The notes beneath the pieces are model-generated. The model had not been told where the DNA came from. It saw only the letters and a program-made list of their open reading frames with translations, and did not search any database. Positions 29,892-40,602 of a stretch of 64,000 nucleotides of DNA are shown one piece after another. A program made the position numbers and the translations under genes. The stretch comes from an uncultured virus (IMG/VR IMGVR_UViG_3300046740_000859) (Duplodnaviria; Heunggongvirae; Uroviricota; Caudoviricetes), in the IMG/VR virus record IMGVR_UViG_3300046740_000859, one strand, 5' to 3'. Numbering within the stretch: the first letter of the stretch is position 1; each line of letters opens with the position of its first letter.

Positions 29892-31378
29892 GCTCGATGT
29901 CGTTCGTCAAACCACTGTTCAACGAGTCGCCCGCCAAGCTCGCACGTAGGATCGGCACGTCGGTGCCCGCGCTCTTCGCGGCGAACCGGCACAAGCCCAC
30001 CACGGTCGTCGCCGGCAAGCTCACCTGGAAGAGCTTGCACCAAAACGAGAGCCTGAACGTGCCGCAGGGCGCGCTCGGTTTCGTCGGTGCTGTCGCGCCT
30101 GCTTCGCCCAGCGCGCCGCACGCGATGATCCAAAAGGGCAGCTCGGCGGCCGCCGACGTTGCTCTCTGGCAGACGATCATCGGCGTCACACCCGACGGCT
30201 CGTTCGGTCCGAACACCGACAAGGCAACGCGTGCGTGGCAGAGCTCACACGGGCTCACGCCAGACGGCGTCGTCGGTCCGAAAACTTGGGCCGCAGCGCT
30301 CGGTAGCTCGGCGGGACCCGCCGCTGCCGCACCGTCGGCTTCGGCGACTCCAACGGCTCCGCCGTCGGGGCTCACAGCGTCAGCGCGCGCAGCGGCAGCA
30401 GCACTCGCCGCCGACTCGAACTACTGCGTGAGCGTCGGACGCGTCGGAACCGCCGTGAACACGGCCGTCCACAACTTCAAGTCGGCGTGGAACTCGGCGA
30501 ACCCGAGCCGTCGTGTGCCCATCGGCACCGGCAAGTACGAGCCCGTCGTCGCGTCGGCGCTCTCTGAGACGCTGGGAGGCGCGACGGTGCCTCCAGGGTG
30601 TGGCGGAGCGGCGGCTCCGGCTCCGTCCGCGGCCGCTACTCCGGCGCCTACGACCGCCCCTGCCGGATCAACCGCGCCTATTTCGCGCGGAGCTCCGGCC
30701 GCGGTGCAAGCGCTCCTCACGATCGATCCGTGCCTCCAGGGGAACGCGTCCATCGTGACCGCCGCGCAGGTCGCGCTCGGTGTCGGTCCCGATGGAAAGT
30801 ACGGGAGTGGCACAGCAGCGGCCGCTCGACGCGTTCTTCCGAACGCACCCGCCGCCTGCTCTCCCCGCCCTTCGTGGTGGACGGCTCCGGGGCAGAGCAA
30901 CGCCTCGAGCGGTGCCTCCCAGGCCGCGTCGGCGGCACAGTCGGCGGCGAACACCGCCCAAGCTGCGGCGGTGGCCGCGCAGAACGCCCAGACGGCAGGG
31001 CAGGCCACGCAAGCGGCGACGACAGCCGCGGCGGCAGCGACGGCGGCGGCGACGGCTGCGCAGAACGCCGCGCCCGATCAGAAGGTGGCGGCGGACGCTG
31101 CTGCTGCGACCGCAGCGACGGCTGCGCAAGCCGCCAACACGGCCGCTCAGCAAGCAGGCGGCGGGAGCGCCATCACGCCCCCCGATGCGCCGAAGAAGCT
31201 CTCCACCGGCGCGATCGTGGCGGGCGCAGTCGGCGTGGCAGCACTCGTCGGAGTCGCCGCCATGGCGATGTCCGGCAAGAAGGGCGGCGGACGTCGCCGC
31301 GCAAGCGGCGGGCACAAGCGCAAGACCAGCAAGCGCAAGCCGTCGCACGGCAAGCGCAAGAGCAAGAAGAGGAAGTAA
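29888..31378 (+). CDS. Peptidoglycan-binding membrane-anchored virion protein
   Basis: LysM-like start; PG_binding_1 repeats (DGSFGPNT..A.RAWQ..HGLTPDGVVGPKTW); Ala-rich stalk; KLSTGAIVAG TM; K/R tail. Confidence 0.8.
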   Translation: MSSMSFVKPLFNESPAKLARRIGTSVPALFAANRHKPTTVVAGKLTWKSLHQNESLNVPQGALGFVGAVAPASPSAPHAMIQKGSSAAADVALWQTIIGVTPDGSFGPNTDKATRAWQSSHGLTPDGVVGPKTWAAALGSSAGPAAAAPSASATPTAPPSGLTASARAAAAALAADSNYCVSVGRVGTAVNTAVHNFKSAWNSANPSRRVPIGTGKYEPVVASALSETLGGATVPPGCGGAAAPAPSAAATPAPTTAPAGSTAPISRGAPAAVQALLTIDPCLQGNASIVTAAQVALGVGPDGKYGSGTAAAARRVLPNAPAACSPRPSWWTAPGQSNASSGASQAASAAQSAANTAQAAAVAAQNAQTAGQATQAATTAAAAATAAATAAQNAAPDQKVAADAAAATAATAAQAANTAAQQAGGGSAITPPDAPKKLSTGAIVAGAVGVAALVGVAAMAMSGKKGGGRRRASGGHKRKTSKRKPSHGKRKSKKRK

Positions 31379-31623
31379 TCCATGGCTCGTATTGTCGTCT
31401 CGAAGGCGACGCTCAAGCAGCGTCGCGCTTGTCGGGCCGCTTATACTTCCCCCGAATGGGATGAGAAGGAGCAGGCGCTCGTGTTCTCCGACTGGGACAA
31501 GACGGTCGCGCGGCTGCTCGCGAAGGGGCAAGAGGGGATCGATCAGCTCGAGTGGTGGGTCCGACAAAAACTAGTGCCGATGACGACCGATGAGTTCGCG
31601 AAGATCAAGAAGGAGCACTCCAA

Positions 31624-32343
31624 ATGACTGAGTTCGTCGGACGTACGGGAGCGCAGCGCGTCTACTCCTATCCAGAGAACCCGCGCGCCGCCGCTCTCGG
31701 CCTATTCGCTCGAAACTTCGCGACGGGCCCGAAGGTGAGCACAGAGATCAGCGGAGCGACGCTGATCCCGTGGAACGCGATCGACACGACGGCAAAGGCG
31801 TTTTCGATCGCAGCAGGCGGCGTGACTGTTCACATCGCGGGCGACGTGACGGCGCTGTTCAACAGCGGCGACAACGTGAGCATTCTGCCTCTCGTGCCAG
31901 CGACGCTTCCGGTAGTCGCTGGAACTATCGCGACCGTTCCTGCTTTCGCGGGCGGAGAGACCACGTTCGATCTTACCGCCCCCATCGACGGTTCCACATT
32001 GGGCGGCGCCATCGAGAACAACTCGACCCCAACGGTCAACGTTCCGATCACGCCTCGAGCGACCGGTGTAGTGCTCGTCACAGGAGTGGTGGGGATCATC
32101 AACGGATCAGGCAGTCCGGTGAACGCTTCGGTTACTGTGGAAGCCAACGGGATCCCTGTCCCCGTGGTCTCTTTCGCAGCGATCGGAGACGGTACAAATG
32201 TCACGATTCCATTCATGGCCGAGGTGTTTCTGCCGATCGGTCTCACTTCCAGCATCCAGGTCTCCGTGACAGGGGACAACGCCGACCTGCTTGCAGACGG
32301 TTCCGCGATCAACGTGCAAGAGGTTTCGATCTCGACCGGATGA
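31624..32343 (+). CDS. Beta-rich spike/fibre-like protein with N-terminal YP motif
   Basis: FVGRTGAQRVYSYPE; rest G/T/V/I-rich. Confidence 0.55.
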   Translation: MTEFVGRTGAQRVYSYPENPRAAALGLFARNFATGPKVSTEISGATLIPWNAIDTTAKAFSIAAGGVTVHIAGDVTALFNSGDNVSILPLVPATLPVVAGTIATVPAFAGGETTFDLTAPIDGSTLGGAIENNSTPTVNVPITPRATGVVLVTGVVGIINGSGSPVNASVTVEANGIPVPVVSFAAIGDGTNVTIPFMAEVFLPIGLTSSIQVSVTGDNADLLADGSAINVQEVSISTG

Positions 32344-32550
32344 AAGGAACCACTGTGCCCAAACAGATCCACCAGGAAACGATGTGCTGCGGGTACAAGC
32401 GGTGCCCGACTGTCACGATCTTCGACGACGGCAGCATGACGATCTCCGACGACGACTCGGAGATCGGTTCCGTCGGGACGATCAATCTGCGCCCCGAGGT
32501 CGTGGCGCGGCTCGTCGAGCTGGCAACCAAGAACAAGAAGTGAGTCTTCG

Positions 32551-33798
32551 ATGAAAATTGCAGGTCAACGTCGAGGAGAGGCGTATCCCGTCGGACCAGG
32601 CGGGGGAGGAGGCGGCGTCGCGGCCACGGTGCCGCTCTCCAGGCAGCGGTTCATCGACGGCGACACGACGCAGGCCGGCCTGACCGGAGCGGCCGCTGCG
32701 CCGTTCAAGACGATCGCGCAGTTCATCGCGTCGCGGGGGAACCCGTCGGTAGCCGACGCGACAGCTAACTACGTCGGTTGGCTCATGCCGGCGTTGAACG
32801 GGTACTCGGAGAACGTCAGTTTTCCTCCCTACGCCTCGACAGAGTTACGCGCCGATTCTCTATCGAGCTCGGCAGCGTCTGGCACGGTCCTCACCGGCAA
32901 CCTGACCTGGAACAATGTCGCTGGAGCGTTCGCGGCCAGTGGCGTCGCAGTCGTCGATGTGCACAACATCACGGTGATAGGAAGTTTCACGGTTACCGAC
33001 GATGCGGGTGCCCCGAACTCTGACGTCAGCTTCGGATCCGATGAAGTGGGTGGCGGAGGCGCTGTTCTGACAGGTGGATTCGACTCATCTACAACCACTC
33101 TTCTCGAACAGGTGGAATTTACGAACTCCGTAATTCCTTCTCCGATCAACGCAGGCTCGGCGAGCAACAGCGCCAGCGTGTCTCTGGCGAATAGTGCTTG
33201 CGAGAACGTGACTGCGAGATCGATCAACGCATCCGACACGACCTTCAACGCCTCTGCGATCACTGTAAACTCAGCCGGATCCGCGATCTTCTCGAATTGT
33301 CAGTTCACGGCCGGTCCTGCTCTGACTTGCATCAATGGAGCACACTTCGATGGCCCGTCGTGGCGCAGCTTCGTCGAAGCGGGCGGAACTCGAGCCCCTG
33401 CGGGCGACGCGGGCACACCTGTGCTGGTCGTAGGTGGATACAATGGAGCTCCGGTGGAAGGGGCAGATCTGACGAACGCCAACGTGGTCGTTTCGCTCAA
33501 CGGGGCAGGTACCACGACGGCGGGATTCGCTGGATCCAATTCAGGCAACCACTACTCGTCGTCCGGAATTTCTGCCGCCAGGGCCGTCACGTTGCTTCCG
33601 GAAGGTGCACGAGACGGAGATACGATGCTCATCACCAAGAAGGATCTTGCGGCCTTCACGCTCACCATCAACAACGGTGGCACCAGTCCGGGAATCATCG
33701 GAGTGATCCCAGCTAGCAACCGAGGATCCGTGCTCGCACAGTTCAACGCGTCCACCGGTGACTGGGTGCTCGCGCAGTGCGGATCGCTCGCGGCGTGA
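32551..33798 (+). CDS. Beta-helix-like spike/fibre protein with N-terminal YP motif
   Basis: IAGQRRGEAYP; G..AAPFKTIAQ (DUF1565-like beta-helix cap); S/T/N/G-rich. Confidence 0.6.
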   Translation: MKIAGQRRGEAYPVGPGGGGGGVAATVPLSRQRFIDGDTTQAGLTGAAAAPFKTIAQFIASRGNPSVADATANYVGWLMPALNGYSENVSFPPYASTELRADSLSSSAASGTVLTGNLTWNNVAGAFAASGVAVVDVHNITVIGSFTVTDDAGAPNSDVSFGSDEVGGGGAVLTGGFDSSTTTLLEQVEFTNSVIPSPINAGSASNSASVSLANSACENVTARSINASDTTFNASAITVNSAGSAIFSNCQFTAGPALTCINGAHFDGPSWRSFVEAGGTRAPAGDAGTPVLVVGGYNGAPVEGADLTNANVVVSLNGAGTTTAGFAGSNSGNHYSSSGISAARAVTLLPEGARDGDTMLITKKDLAAFTLTINNGGTSPGIIGVIPASNRGSVLAQFNASTGDWVLAQCGSLAA

Positions 33799-33831
33799 TC
33801 TTCCACAAGAAGTAAGAAGGATCAGCCTCCC

Positions 33832-34347
33832 ATGTACCTCATCGGTCGAAAAGGCCACACGCGCGAGGCTTACCCAGAGCGCAGCTCTGCCTTCACGAGC
33901 ATGGAGCGTTTCACGCCGACGTTCCAGACACCGAACAACGACGCAAGTCTCGGGGACACAGGCACCGCGAGCGGATCGTTCTGGAAAGTCGGCAACGTCC
34001 TGTACGTGCAAGGCGTGTTCGCTTTCACCGGTGCGGGGGTTAGTGCGGGTACCGGTAGCCCGTTACTTCCACTACCTCCTGGGATCACGAGCGCAAACGT
34101 CGACGTCGAACGTATGCCGTTGATAGAAGAGAGTGTAGGACCGCCGCATTTGATAGAAGGCGCCATTCCTGTGCATACGCAAGGGATCATTAACGGTGTG
34201 ACGGGAGTCTTCGCCTCCCCCTGGCTTCTCGCCGAGAACTTCACCGACGTTCCCCATACAATTCTCGCAGATGCCTGGCAACTGGACACGACAGGGCTCA
34301 AAGCTGGGGACTTGATCTTCTTCGACTACGCGATCCCTCTTCTTTGA
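33832..34347 (+). CDS. Fibre-tip-like protein with N-terminal YP motif
   Basis: LIGRKGHTREAYPE; GSFWKVGNVLYVQG...LPLP typical of phage fibre head domains. Confidence 0.55.
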   Translation: MYLIGRKGHTREAYPERSSAFTSMERFTPTFQTPNNDASLGDTGTASGSFWKVGNVLYVQGVFAFTGAGVSAGTGSPLLPLPPGITSANVDVERMPLIEESVGPPHLIEGAIPVHTQGIINGVTGVFASPWLLAENFTDVPHTILADAWQLDTTGLKAGDLIFFDYAIPLL

Positions 34348-34625
34348 AGATGCCGCTCCTACTCGCCCTCGCTCTCGTCGGCACGACGCTCATCATCGTA
34401 CGCGGAACCATCTTCGCTCCGATCCGAAAGCTCTGGCCTGAACTCCTCGGGTGCAGCCAGTGCACTGGTACATGGATCGGCATCGCTGCTGGCGCGAGCG
34501 GCGTCGTCTCGACGGGCCACGGGGGCATCTTGGACGCGATGATCGTCGGATCGGCGACAAGCTTCTTGTCGATGCTGGCCGATGCTGTACTCTTGCGGTT
34601 GCTCGGAGATCCTAGCGAGAAGTGA
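34344..34625 (+). CDS. DUF1360-like small membrane protein
   Basis: IFAPIR..ELLGCSQCTGTW between TM helices. Confidence 0.55.
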   Translation: MKMPLLLALALVGTTLIIVRGTIFAPIRKLWPELLGCSQCTGTWIGIAAGASGVVSTGHGGILDAMIVGSATSFLSMLADAVLLRLLGDPSEK

Positions 34626-34887
34626 ACACAGCCCTGACCGGTCGGGCTCAAAAAGAAGGAGCGGTACGGCAATGAGGAAACGTCTCAAAAATCTGAAGAA
34701 CAAGAGCGGCCACAGTGAGAACGGAGCTCCTCGAGCTCTCATCGACCTGGCCGTATATCGCGAGCGCAGCTCCGGGTCTCGTTTCGACAGCGAGTACTCC
34801 GGATGGAGCCACGCGACGCGTCCTCAAGATCAAGCGATCACGATCCGTAGACCGTTCGCGCCTACGGGACCGAGCATCAGGTAGTCG

Positions 34888-37044
34888 ATGATCCAGCCCG
34901 GGATCTGTTGCAAGTGTCCGACTGGCCCCAGTGGCCCTACCGGACCGACGGGCCCCACTGGGCCGCAGGGCATTCAGGGCCCTACGGGCCCGACTGGGCC
35001 TCAGGGCGCGAATGCTATTGCCGTAAATCGCATCGACGCCAGCAACATCGGCGGTTCGCGGCTCGTCGCCGTCAACACGAGCGCGCTCACGGACGGCACG
35101 ATCGCGACGGTCTTCTCAGTAGGAGCGCTGTTCCGGCTCGTGAAGAGCCCGACGGCAGCGCTCACGGCGCTAGTGGACGGAATCACGATCGTCGCTTCGA
35201 CGGCGAGTCCTGGTTCGATTTGGGTGCGCATCATCGCGACCAACGATGAACGCTTCGGTGCAAACCCGCCGCTCTTTATCGATCCAATCGGGAACGACGA
35301 CAACGACGGCTTGGGGGCGGGCGCGAACGCGCTCAAAACCCTGAACGAGTGGTGCCGCCGAATGGACGGCCAAACCCTCACTGCGAGCGCGACTGTGACG
35401 TGTGCGGCGGGCGCCGTCGGGGATTTCAATCGATGCCTCCTGGGCGCTTCCGTCGCTGGCGTCCTCCTGCAAATCGTCGGCGCTTCGACCGATAGCGGCC
35501 CCGGGACTGTGAGCACGATCACGGCCGAAAACCCCGCGACGAACACGGAGTTTCAATTCAGCGACACGACGGGCCTCGGTCCCGTGATCGCGGACGGTGA
35601 CCGGATCAAGATCACCGCGGGCCTCGCCGCGAACATCGGCGCCGTCGGCTACGTGAAAGGCTTCGGGGCGGGCGGAATCACGAACCCGTTCACGGGCGCC
35701 TTCACCACCCCGGCAGGCGTGACGGTATTCCCGGCCGCGAATGACACCTACATCGTTTCGACGCCTTCGAGCGTGATCGCGAGCATAAATACCCACTGGG
35801 AAAACCAGACCGCGGCCGCGGGCGTCTCGGACGTCACGCTGCAATTTGTCTCGACGCGCCACGTCGGAAACCGCTTTACCGACTACAAGATCGGCGGGTC
35901 CGGGCACGAGCTGAATGCGAATTTCGGGATTCGCTTCCTGGGGTGTGTGTTCGCGGACGAGACCCTGACGAATTTCTCGGGCTGCTTCTTCCGAGCGCTC
36001 GGTTGTGACTTCAAGACGGCCGTCCAGATGAACTACAGCAAAGTCACTTTCAAAAACCCGATGTTCCGGCTCGGGTTGGCGGTGCTGACGTCGGCATTCG
36101 CGGAGATTTCGGCGCCCGCGTATTTCGATGGCGCGGGGTCACTGTTCAACATTGCCCAGAACGGCTATGTGGTGGCGAGCACGGGTGCGCTGTGTTTCTC
36201 GCGCGGTGTGGCGAGCCCCACGGTTTCCGCGGTAGAGGTACAGGCGGGCGGCCAGCTCGTGAGCGATCAGACGTTTTGGTCGCCGGTGCAGGGTGCACGA
36301 AATGGGCTAACGATCGGGATCTTCGTCTTTGAGGGTGGAGGGATCGCGTCGACGACGTTCGCGTCCAAGAATGCGATCATCGGCTCGACGGCGAACATTC
36401 AGATGCTCGGGCAGACTCTGACGCAGTTCACGGCCTGCATTACGGGAGGGGCCTACTGTCTCGGCGTGACCTCGGGGACGGGGGTTTCGATCGCGAGCAT
36501 TCACGACATCACGACGGCCCCGAGCGCGCCGGCAAACGTCGGGGAAATGCTCTTCGGGATCGCTGGCGCGACGCATTCTCGCGGCTTGACCAGCGGCCTG
36601 AATACCGTGATCCCTGCCGGCGCGGCCGCGGCGAGCAACGCGACGCTGTGCAGCTTGAAAAAGAGCGGGGCGACGACGCAAACCGTTGGGGCCGCGCTCG
36701 GGACGCTCGTAACCCTGGACCTCGCCGCGCCCGGCATTTCCGGGACGATCGATAACGTCGGGGTGTACGTGGAGTGTACGTTCATTGGTACGGACGCCGC
36801 GACGGGGAACGTCGTGATCGCCAAGCTCGCGCGGGCCTTTCGGCGCGTGGCCGGGGTGCTCACGGCGGCCGGCGGCGCGGCCTCGAACATCGTTGCCCCG
36901 GCGGGTGACGCGGCTCTGGTCGGCGCGGCGCCCGTCCTGAACCAGACCGGGACTTCGGTTCGGGCGCAAGTGACGGGCGTGGCGTTGATCACGATCAATT
37001 GGAAGGCCCATCTAGAGATTTGGTCCACGGATTACGTCGGTTGA
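34888..37044 (+). CDS. Collagen-repeat fibre/adhesin with beta-helix-like body
   Basis: CCKC then 10 G-X-Y triplets (GPT/GPQ); FIDPIGNDDNDG..ALKTL motif; A/G/T-rich. Confidence 0.7.
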   Translation: MIQPGICCKCPTGPSGPTGPTGPTGPQGIQGPTGPTGPQGANAIAVNRIDASNIGGSRLVAVNTSALTDGTIATVFSVGALFRLVKSPTAALTALVDGITIVASTASPGSIWVRIIATNDERFGANPPLFIDPIGNDDNDGLGAGANALKTLNEWCRRMDGQTLTASATVTCAAGAVGDFNRCLLGASVAGVLLQIVGASTDSGPGTVSTITAENPATNTEFQFSDTTGLGPVIADGDRIKITAGLAANIGAVGYVKGFGAGGITNPFTGAFTTPAGVTVFPAANDTYIVSTPSSVIASINTHWENQTAAAGVSDVTLQFVSTRHVGNRFTDYKIGGSGHELNANFGIRFLGCVFADETLTNFSGCFFRALGCDFKTAVQMNYSKVTFKNPMFRLGLAVLTSAFAEISAPAYFDGAGSLFNIAQNGYVVASTGALCFSRGVASPTVSAVEVQAGGQLVSDQTFWSPVQGARNGLTIGIFVFEGGGIASTTFASKNAIIGSTANIQMLGQTLTQFTACITGGAYCLGVTSGTGVSIASIHDITTAPSAPANVGEMLFGIAGATHSRGLTSGLNTVIPAGAAAASNATLCSLKKSGATTQTVGAALGTLVTLDLAAPGISGTIDNVGVYVECTFIGTDAATGNVVIAKLARAFRRVAGVLTAAGGAASNIVAPAGDAALVGAAPVLNQTGTSVRAQVTGVALITINWKAHLEIWSTDYVG

Positions 37045-37066
37045 CCGTGCTAAGGACCTCGAGCCT

Positions 37067-37273
37067 CTAAAGCGCCTCTTGCAGGCCGAGCTCGTACAAC
37101 AGTCCCGGTCGTAGCTTCTCCATCGCACGCAACTGCTCGATGCCCGGCTCACCGACGCCACGCTCCCAGTTCGCCACCGTGCGCGCCCTCACCTTCGCGG
37201 CACCTGCAACCGTCTCTTGCGTGAGCTCGTTCTTCGCGCGCCAACGCTTCAAAACAGTGCGAACAGCAGCCAC
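37067..37273 (-). CDS. XRE-family HTH regulator
   Basis: LKRWR..LTQETVA...VRARTVANWERG..EP. Confidence 0.8.
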   Translation of the reverse strand: MAAVRTVLKRWRAKNELTQETVAGAAKVRARTVANWERGVGEPGIEQLRAMEKLRPGLLYELGLQEAL

Positions 37274-37369
37274 GGGCGGCCACTCTACGACGTCTAGGAT
37301 CGCCCTGCAATATCTTTCCGGAAACTCGTTGACGCCCGCGCATCCGCACGCCTACATTCGACCCTCTCC

Positions 37370-39349
37370 GTGATCTTCAGCGTCACCATCACCGACAACC
37401 GCGAAGACAAGATTGCAGGCGCCATCCGAAGCGTCGTCGACCACGTCGATCGCGTGCTGCTCATCGACACCGGCATCACCGATCGGACTATCGAACGTGC
37501 GCGAGAGGTTGCGGGCGACAAGATCATCGTCACCGAACACGTTTGGGTCGACTTTTCGAGAGCGCGAAACGCCGCCATCGCTACAGCCATGGTTCTCGGA
37601 GCCGAATGGATCATCATCGTCGACTCCGATGAGCGATTCGATTTCGGTGTGCTGGATCTACGTGCTGCCCTCGCGAACACGCGCGCGGACGTGTTGACCA
37701 TCGAATCTCTCGATGGGCACTACCCCAAAGAGAAGATCCTCCGCGCTGCGTCGAGCCTCTACTTCATAGGACCGACCCACGAAACGCTGCCTACCGGATC
37801 TCGAGAAAAACTCGACGGCGCGACCTTCTGTGAATTGGGGAAAACCTCAGAGGAGATGGAGCGAAAGTTCACGCGCGACGTGGCGCTACTTTCCGATTAC
37901 ACCGAGAAGCATCCGGAAGATCCTCGATGGTGGTACTACCTGGGCTCGTCCTACGAGGGGATCGGCGATCATGCGCGCGCTGCGGAAGCGTTCGGGGAAC
38001 ACGTCAGGCGACGCAGGCTCGGCGACGAAGCGGCATGGGGCGCGTACAAGCAAGCCGAGCAACTATTCATCCTCGAGCGATTCGAGGAAGCAGTCGAAGC
38101 GGCTGCGCGCGGAATGGGTGCGGACGCCACCTTCGCCGAGTGCGCCTGGGTCGCTGCGGTAGCGTCGTGGCGTCTCGGCCGTCCGGCTCAGGCAGTCGCT
38201 TGGGCGCGCATCGCCGAATCGGTCGGGCTCTACAAAGGATGTGGCTCTAACCGCGAGTACTTCAAGTACCCCCCTGCGTTGTACGAGCTCCCTTACGACG
38301 TGCTGAGAGAAGCGCTCCCCGACGAAGCCGATCGCAAACAAGCGGACGAAGATTTCCACGCCGCAAAGCGCGCTCGAGTCGGCGCAACTGACGATCATGA
38401 TCTCGATCGGCTGAGCGTCTCGCTGAACACGCCAGAGCCGAAGCGCGATGAGATTCGAGCGATGCTTCGACCCCCACGGCTCGACGCTATTTGCCCTAGC
38501 GCCGTCGCCACGAAGATCCAACTCGATCTCCCCGACGGCCGCTGGCCGATGAATCCAAGCATCTGCTGGCACGAAGGTGAGCTGCTGTGCGTAGTTCGCG
38601 TCGTCAACTACACGATCACCGGACGACAGTACGTCATCAACGACGCGGATGGCATCGTACGCACCGAGAACTATCTGGGAGTTCTTCGCGCCGACGGGGA
38701 GCTCATCGAGCCGAGGCTGATACGAGATCTCGATCCAGCCCCGCGACAGGAATCGCAAATCGTCGGCTACGAAGATATCCGGCTCGTATCGATCAAAGGC
38801 AAAACCAGCGACGTGCTCACAGGTAGCGCGACCGTCTGCGACCGAGACCCCGACGGACGACGGCTTATCGCTCGACTCTACCTGAGTCCGCTTGGCGACG
38901 TGAAACGCGCAGAGGTGCAGCCGAGCAACCAGCTCCACGAGAAGAACTGGATGCCACTCTCGGTCGGCGGGAAGTTCGCGTGGATCTACTCGATCGATCC
39001 GACGGCGATCTTGCCCGGACCTTTGCGAAGCTGCCCTCTCGCACTTGAGCACCTGCGCGGCGGAGCGGCAATCGAGTTCGAGGACGGGTACCTGTGCGTC
39101 ACGCACGAGGTCATCGACGCGGACGAGGGACGCATCTACCTGCACCGGTTCGTCCGACTCGACGACGAGTTCAACGTAACGACTGTATCTCCCGCCTGGA
39201 TTTTCACGCACTATGGAATCGAGTTCGCGGCTGGTCTCGCGAGAGATGGCACCACACTCGTTCTTTCCTATGGCGTCGACGACCGAGAAGCGTGGATTGT
39301 TCGGGTCGATGTGAAAGAGGTCGAAAAAATGCAATGGATCAAGCCATGA
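37370..39349 (+). CDS. GT2-family glycosyltransferase with TPR region and C-terminal beta-propeller (GH130-like) domain
   Basis: IDTGITDRT, WVDFSRARN, VDSDE, HE; YYLGSSY TPRs; MNPSI, GYEDIRL, EKNWMP, GIEFAAGL; TTGACG-N18-TACATT promoter upstream. Confidence 0.8.
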   Translation: MIFSVTITDNREDKIAGAIRSVVDHVDRVLLIDTGITDRTIERAREVAGDKIIVTEHVWVDFSRARNAAIATAMVLGAEWIIIVDSDERFDFGVLDLRAALANTRADVLTIESLDGHYPKEKILRAASSLYFIGPTHETLPTGSREKLDGATFCELGKTSEEMERKFTRDVALLSDYTEKHPEDPRWWYYLGSSYEGIGDHARAAEAFGEHVRRRRLGDEAAWGAYKQAEQLFILERFEEAVEAAARGMGADATFAECAWVAAVASWRLGRPAQAVAWARIAESVGLYKGCGSNREYFKYPPALYELPYDVLREALPDEADRKQADEDFHAAKRARVGATDDHDLDRLSVSLNTPEPKRDEIRAMLRPPRLDAICPSAVATKIQLDLPDGRWPMNPSICWHEGELLCVVRVVNYTITGRQYVINDADGIVRTENYLGVLRADGELIEPRLIRDLDPAPRQESQIVGYEDIRLVSIKGKTSDVLTGSATVCDRDPDGRRLIARLYLSPLGDVKRAEVQPSNQLHEKNWMPLSVGGKFAWIYSIDPTAILPGPLRSCPLALEHLRGGAAIEFEDGYLCVTHEVIDADEGRIYLHRFVRLDDEFNVTTVSPAWIFTHYGIEFAAGLARDGTTLVLSYGVDDREAWIVRVDVKEVEKMQWIKP

Positions 39350-40590
39350 ACAGGATCATGCTAGGAACCCCCTGCTTCGCGGAAGACTACGCGCTGCTGC
39401 TCCAAGCGCTACGGTCATTCGTGCAACCTTCCGTAGACGTCGTAGCAATCGACAACGGCGGTTCTGCTGACGTGAAACTCGCGCTCTACGAGATGTCGAG
39501 CAGCATCTCGATCATCAAGAACGAGCGCAACGTGTACGTCAACCCGGCGTGGAATCAACTCGCGGAGCGATTTCTCGCTTCGGACGCTGAGATCCTCGTC
39601 CTAGCCAACGCCGATCTCGCCGCGGCTCCAGGCTGGGCGCAGTCGCTTTTGCTTCGGCACGAGTGGGCTCAACTCGCCAAGGAGAAAGAGTTCTGGTTCG
39701 GGCGCATCGTGCACGACGTCGAAGAAGCTCTCCGCCCTTACGAGCCTTCCGTTCTGGAAGCCGTCGACGTGCAAGGAACGGCAGGATCGTTCTTCGCGAT
39801 GACGCGCGATGCGGTTCGGCTCGCCTTCCCAGTCCCAGCGGAGCTTCTCATCTGGTACGGTGACGGTTGGATCCACACGCTGCTGTCGAAAGCCGGCTAT
39901 CACGGATTGGTCTTGCGCGACATGGTCTGCTGGCACCGAGGTGGCGTTAGCACGGGTCACGTTCACGAGCGTACCCCCATCACCGATCGTGAGAAGGTGA
40001 TCTGGGACACCTACTTGGAAGCGGTTTGTCACAACATCGGCTCTGGAACAAGGAACGGCACCATGGACGAAATCGAACGCCACTTCGTACTCTTTCGGGA
40101 CACTCCCGCCGACATCAACGAGCATATGCAGAAGCTCTGCGACTACGCCTCGAACTGCGAGCACGTGACCGAGTTCGGCATCGGGCGCTCCACCTGGGCG
40201 TTCTTGCACGCACGCCCGAAGAAGCTTCGCTGCTACGACATCCGAGACGCTGACTTCGTGTTGCAGGGCAAACTCGCAGAAGCCGCCGGGATCGATCTGC
40301 GATTCGAGCGACGAGATACGCTCGATCTGACGATCGAATCGACCGACCTGCTATTCATCGACACCTACCACGTCTACCGGAATCTCCGCGCGGAGTTGGA
40401 GCGCCACAGCGCGATGGTGCGCAACTACATCGTGATGCATGACACCGAGGTCTTCGGAGCTCGAGGTGAAGACGGCTCCACGCCGGGGCTCTGGGACGCC
40501 GTAGAAGAGTTCGTCGCTGCGCATCCGGAATGGCGCGTGATCGAACGTCTCAACAACAACAACGGGCTCACGGTGCTGCAACGAGTCTGA
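39346..40590 (+). CDS. GT2-like glycosyltransferase fused to class I SAM methyltransferase
   Basis: IDNGGS, YVNPAWN, NAD, WYGD; then VTEFG, DLLFIDTYH, YIVMHDT, NNNGLTVL. Confidence 0.8.
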   Translation: MNRIMLGTPCFAEDYALLLQALRSFVQPSVDVVAIDNGGSADVKLALYEMSSSISIIKNERNVYVNPAWNQLAERFLASDAEILVLANADLAAAPGWAQSLLLRHEWAQLAKEKEFWFGRIVHDVEEALRPYEPSVLEAVDVQGTAGSFFAMTRDAVRLAFPVPAELLIWYGDGWIHTLLSKAGYHGLVLRDMVCWHRGGVSTGHVHERTPITDREKVIWDTYLEAVCHNIGSGTRNGTMDEIERHFVLFRDTPADINEHMQKLCDYASNCEHVTEFGIGRSTWAFLHARPKKLRCYDIRDADFVLQGKLAEAAGIDLRFERRDTLDLTIESTDLLFIDTYHVYRNLRAELERHSAMVRNYIVMHDTEVFGARGEDGSTPGLWDAVEEFVAAHPEWRVIERLNNNNGLTVLQRV

Positions 40591-40602
40591 TCGGAAGAAA
40601 CG

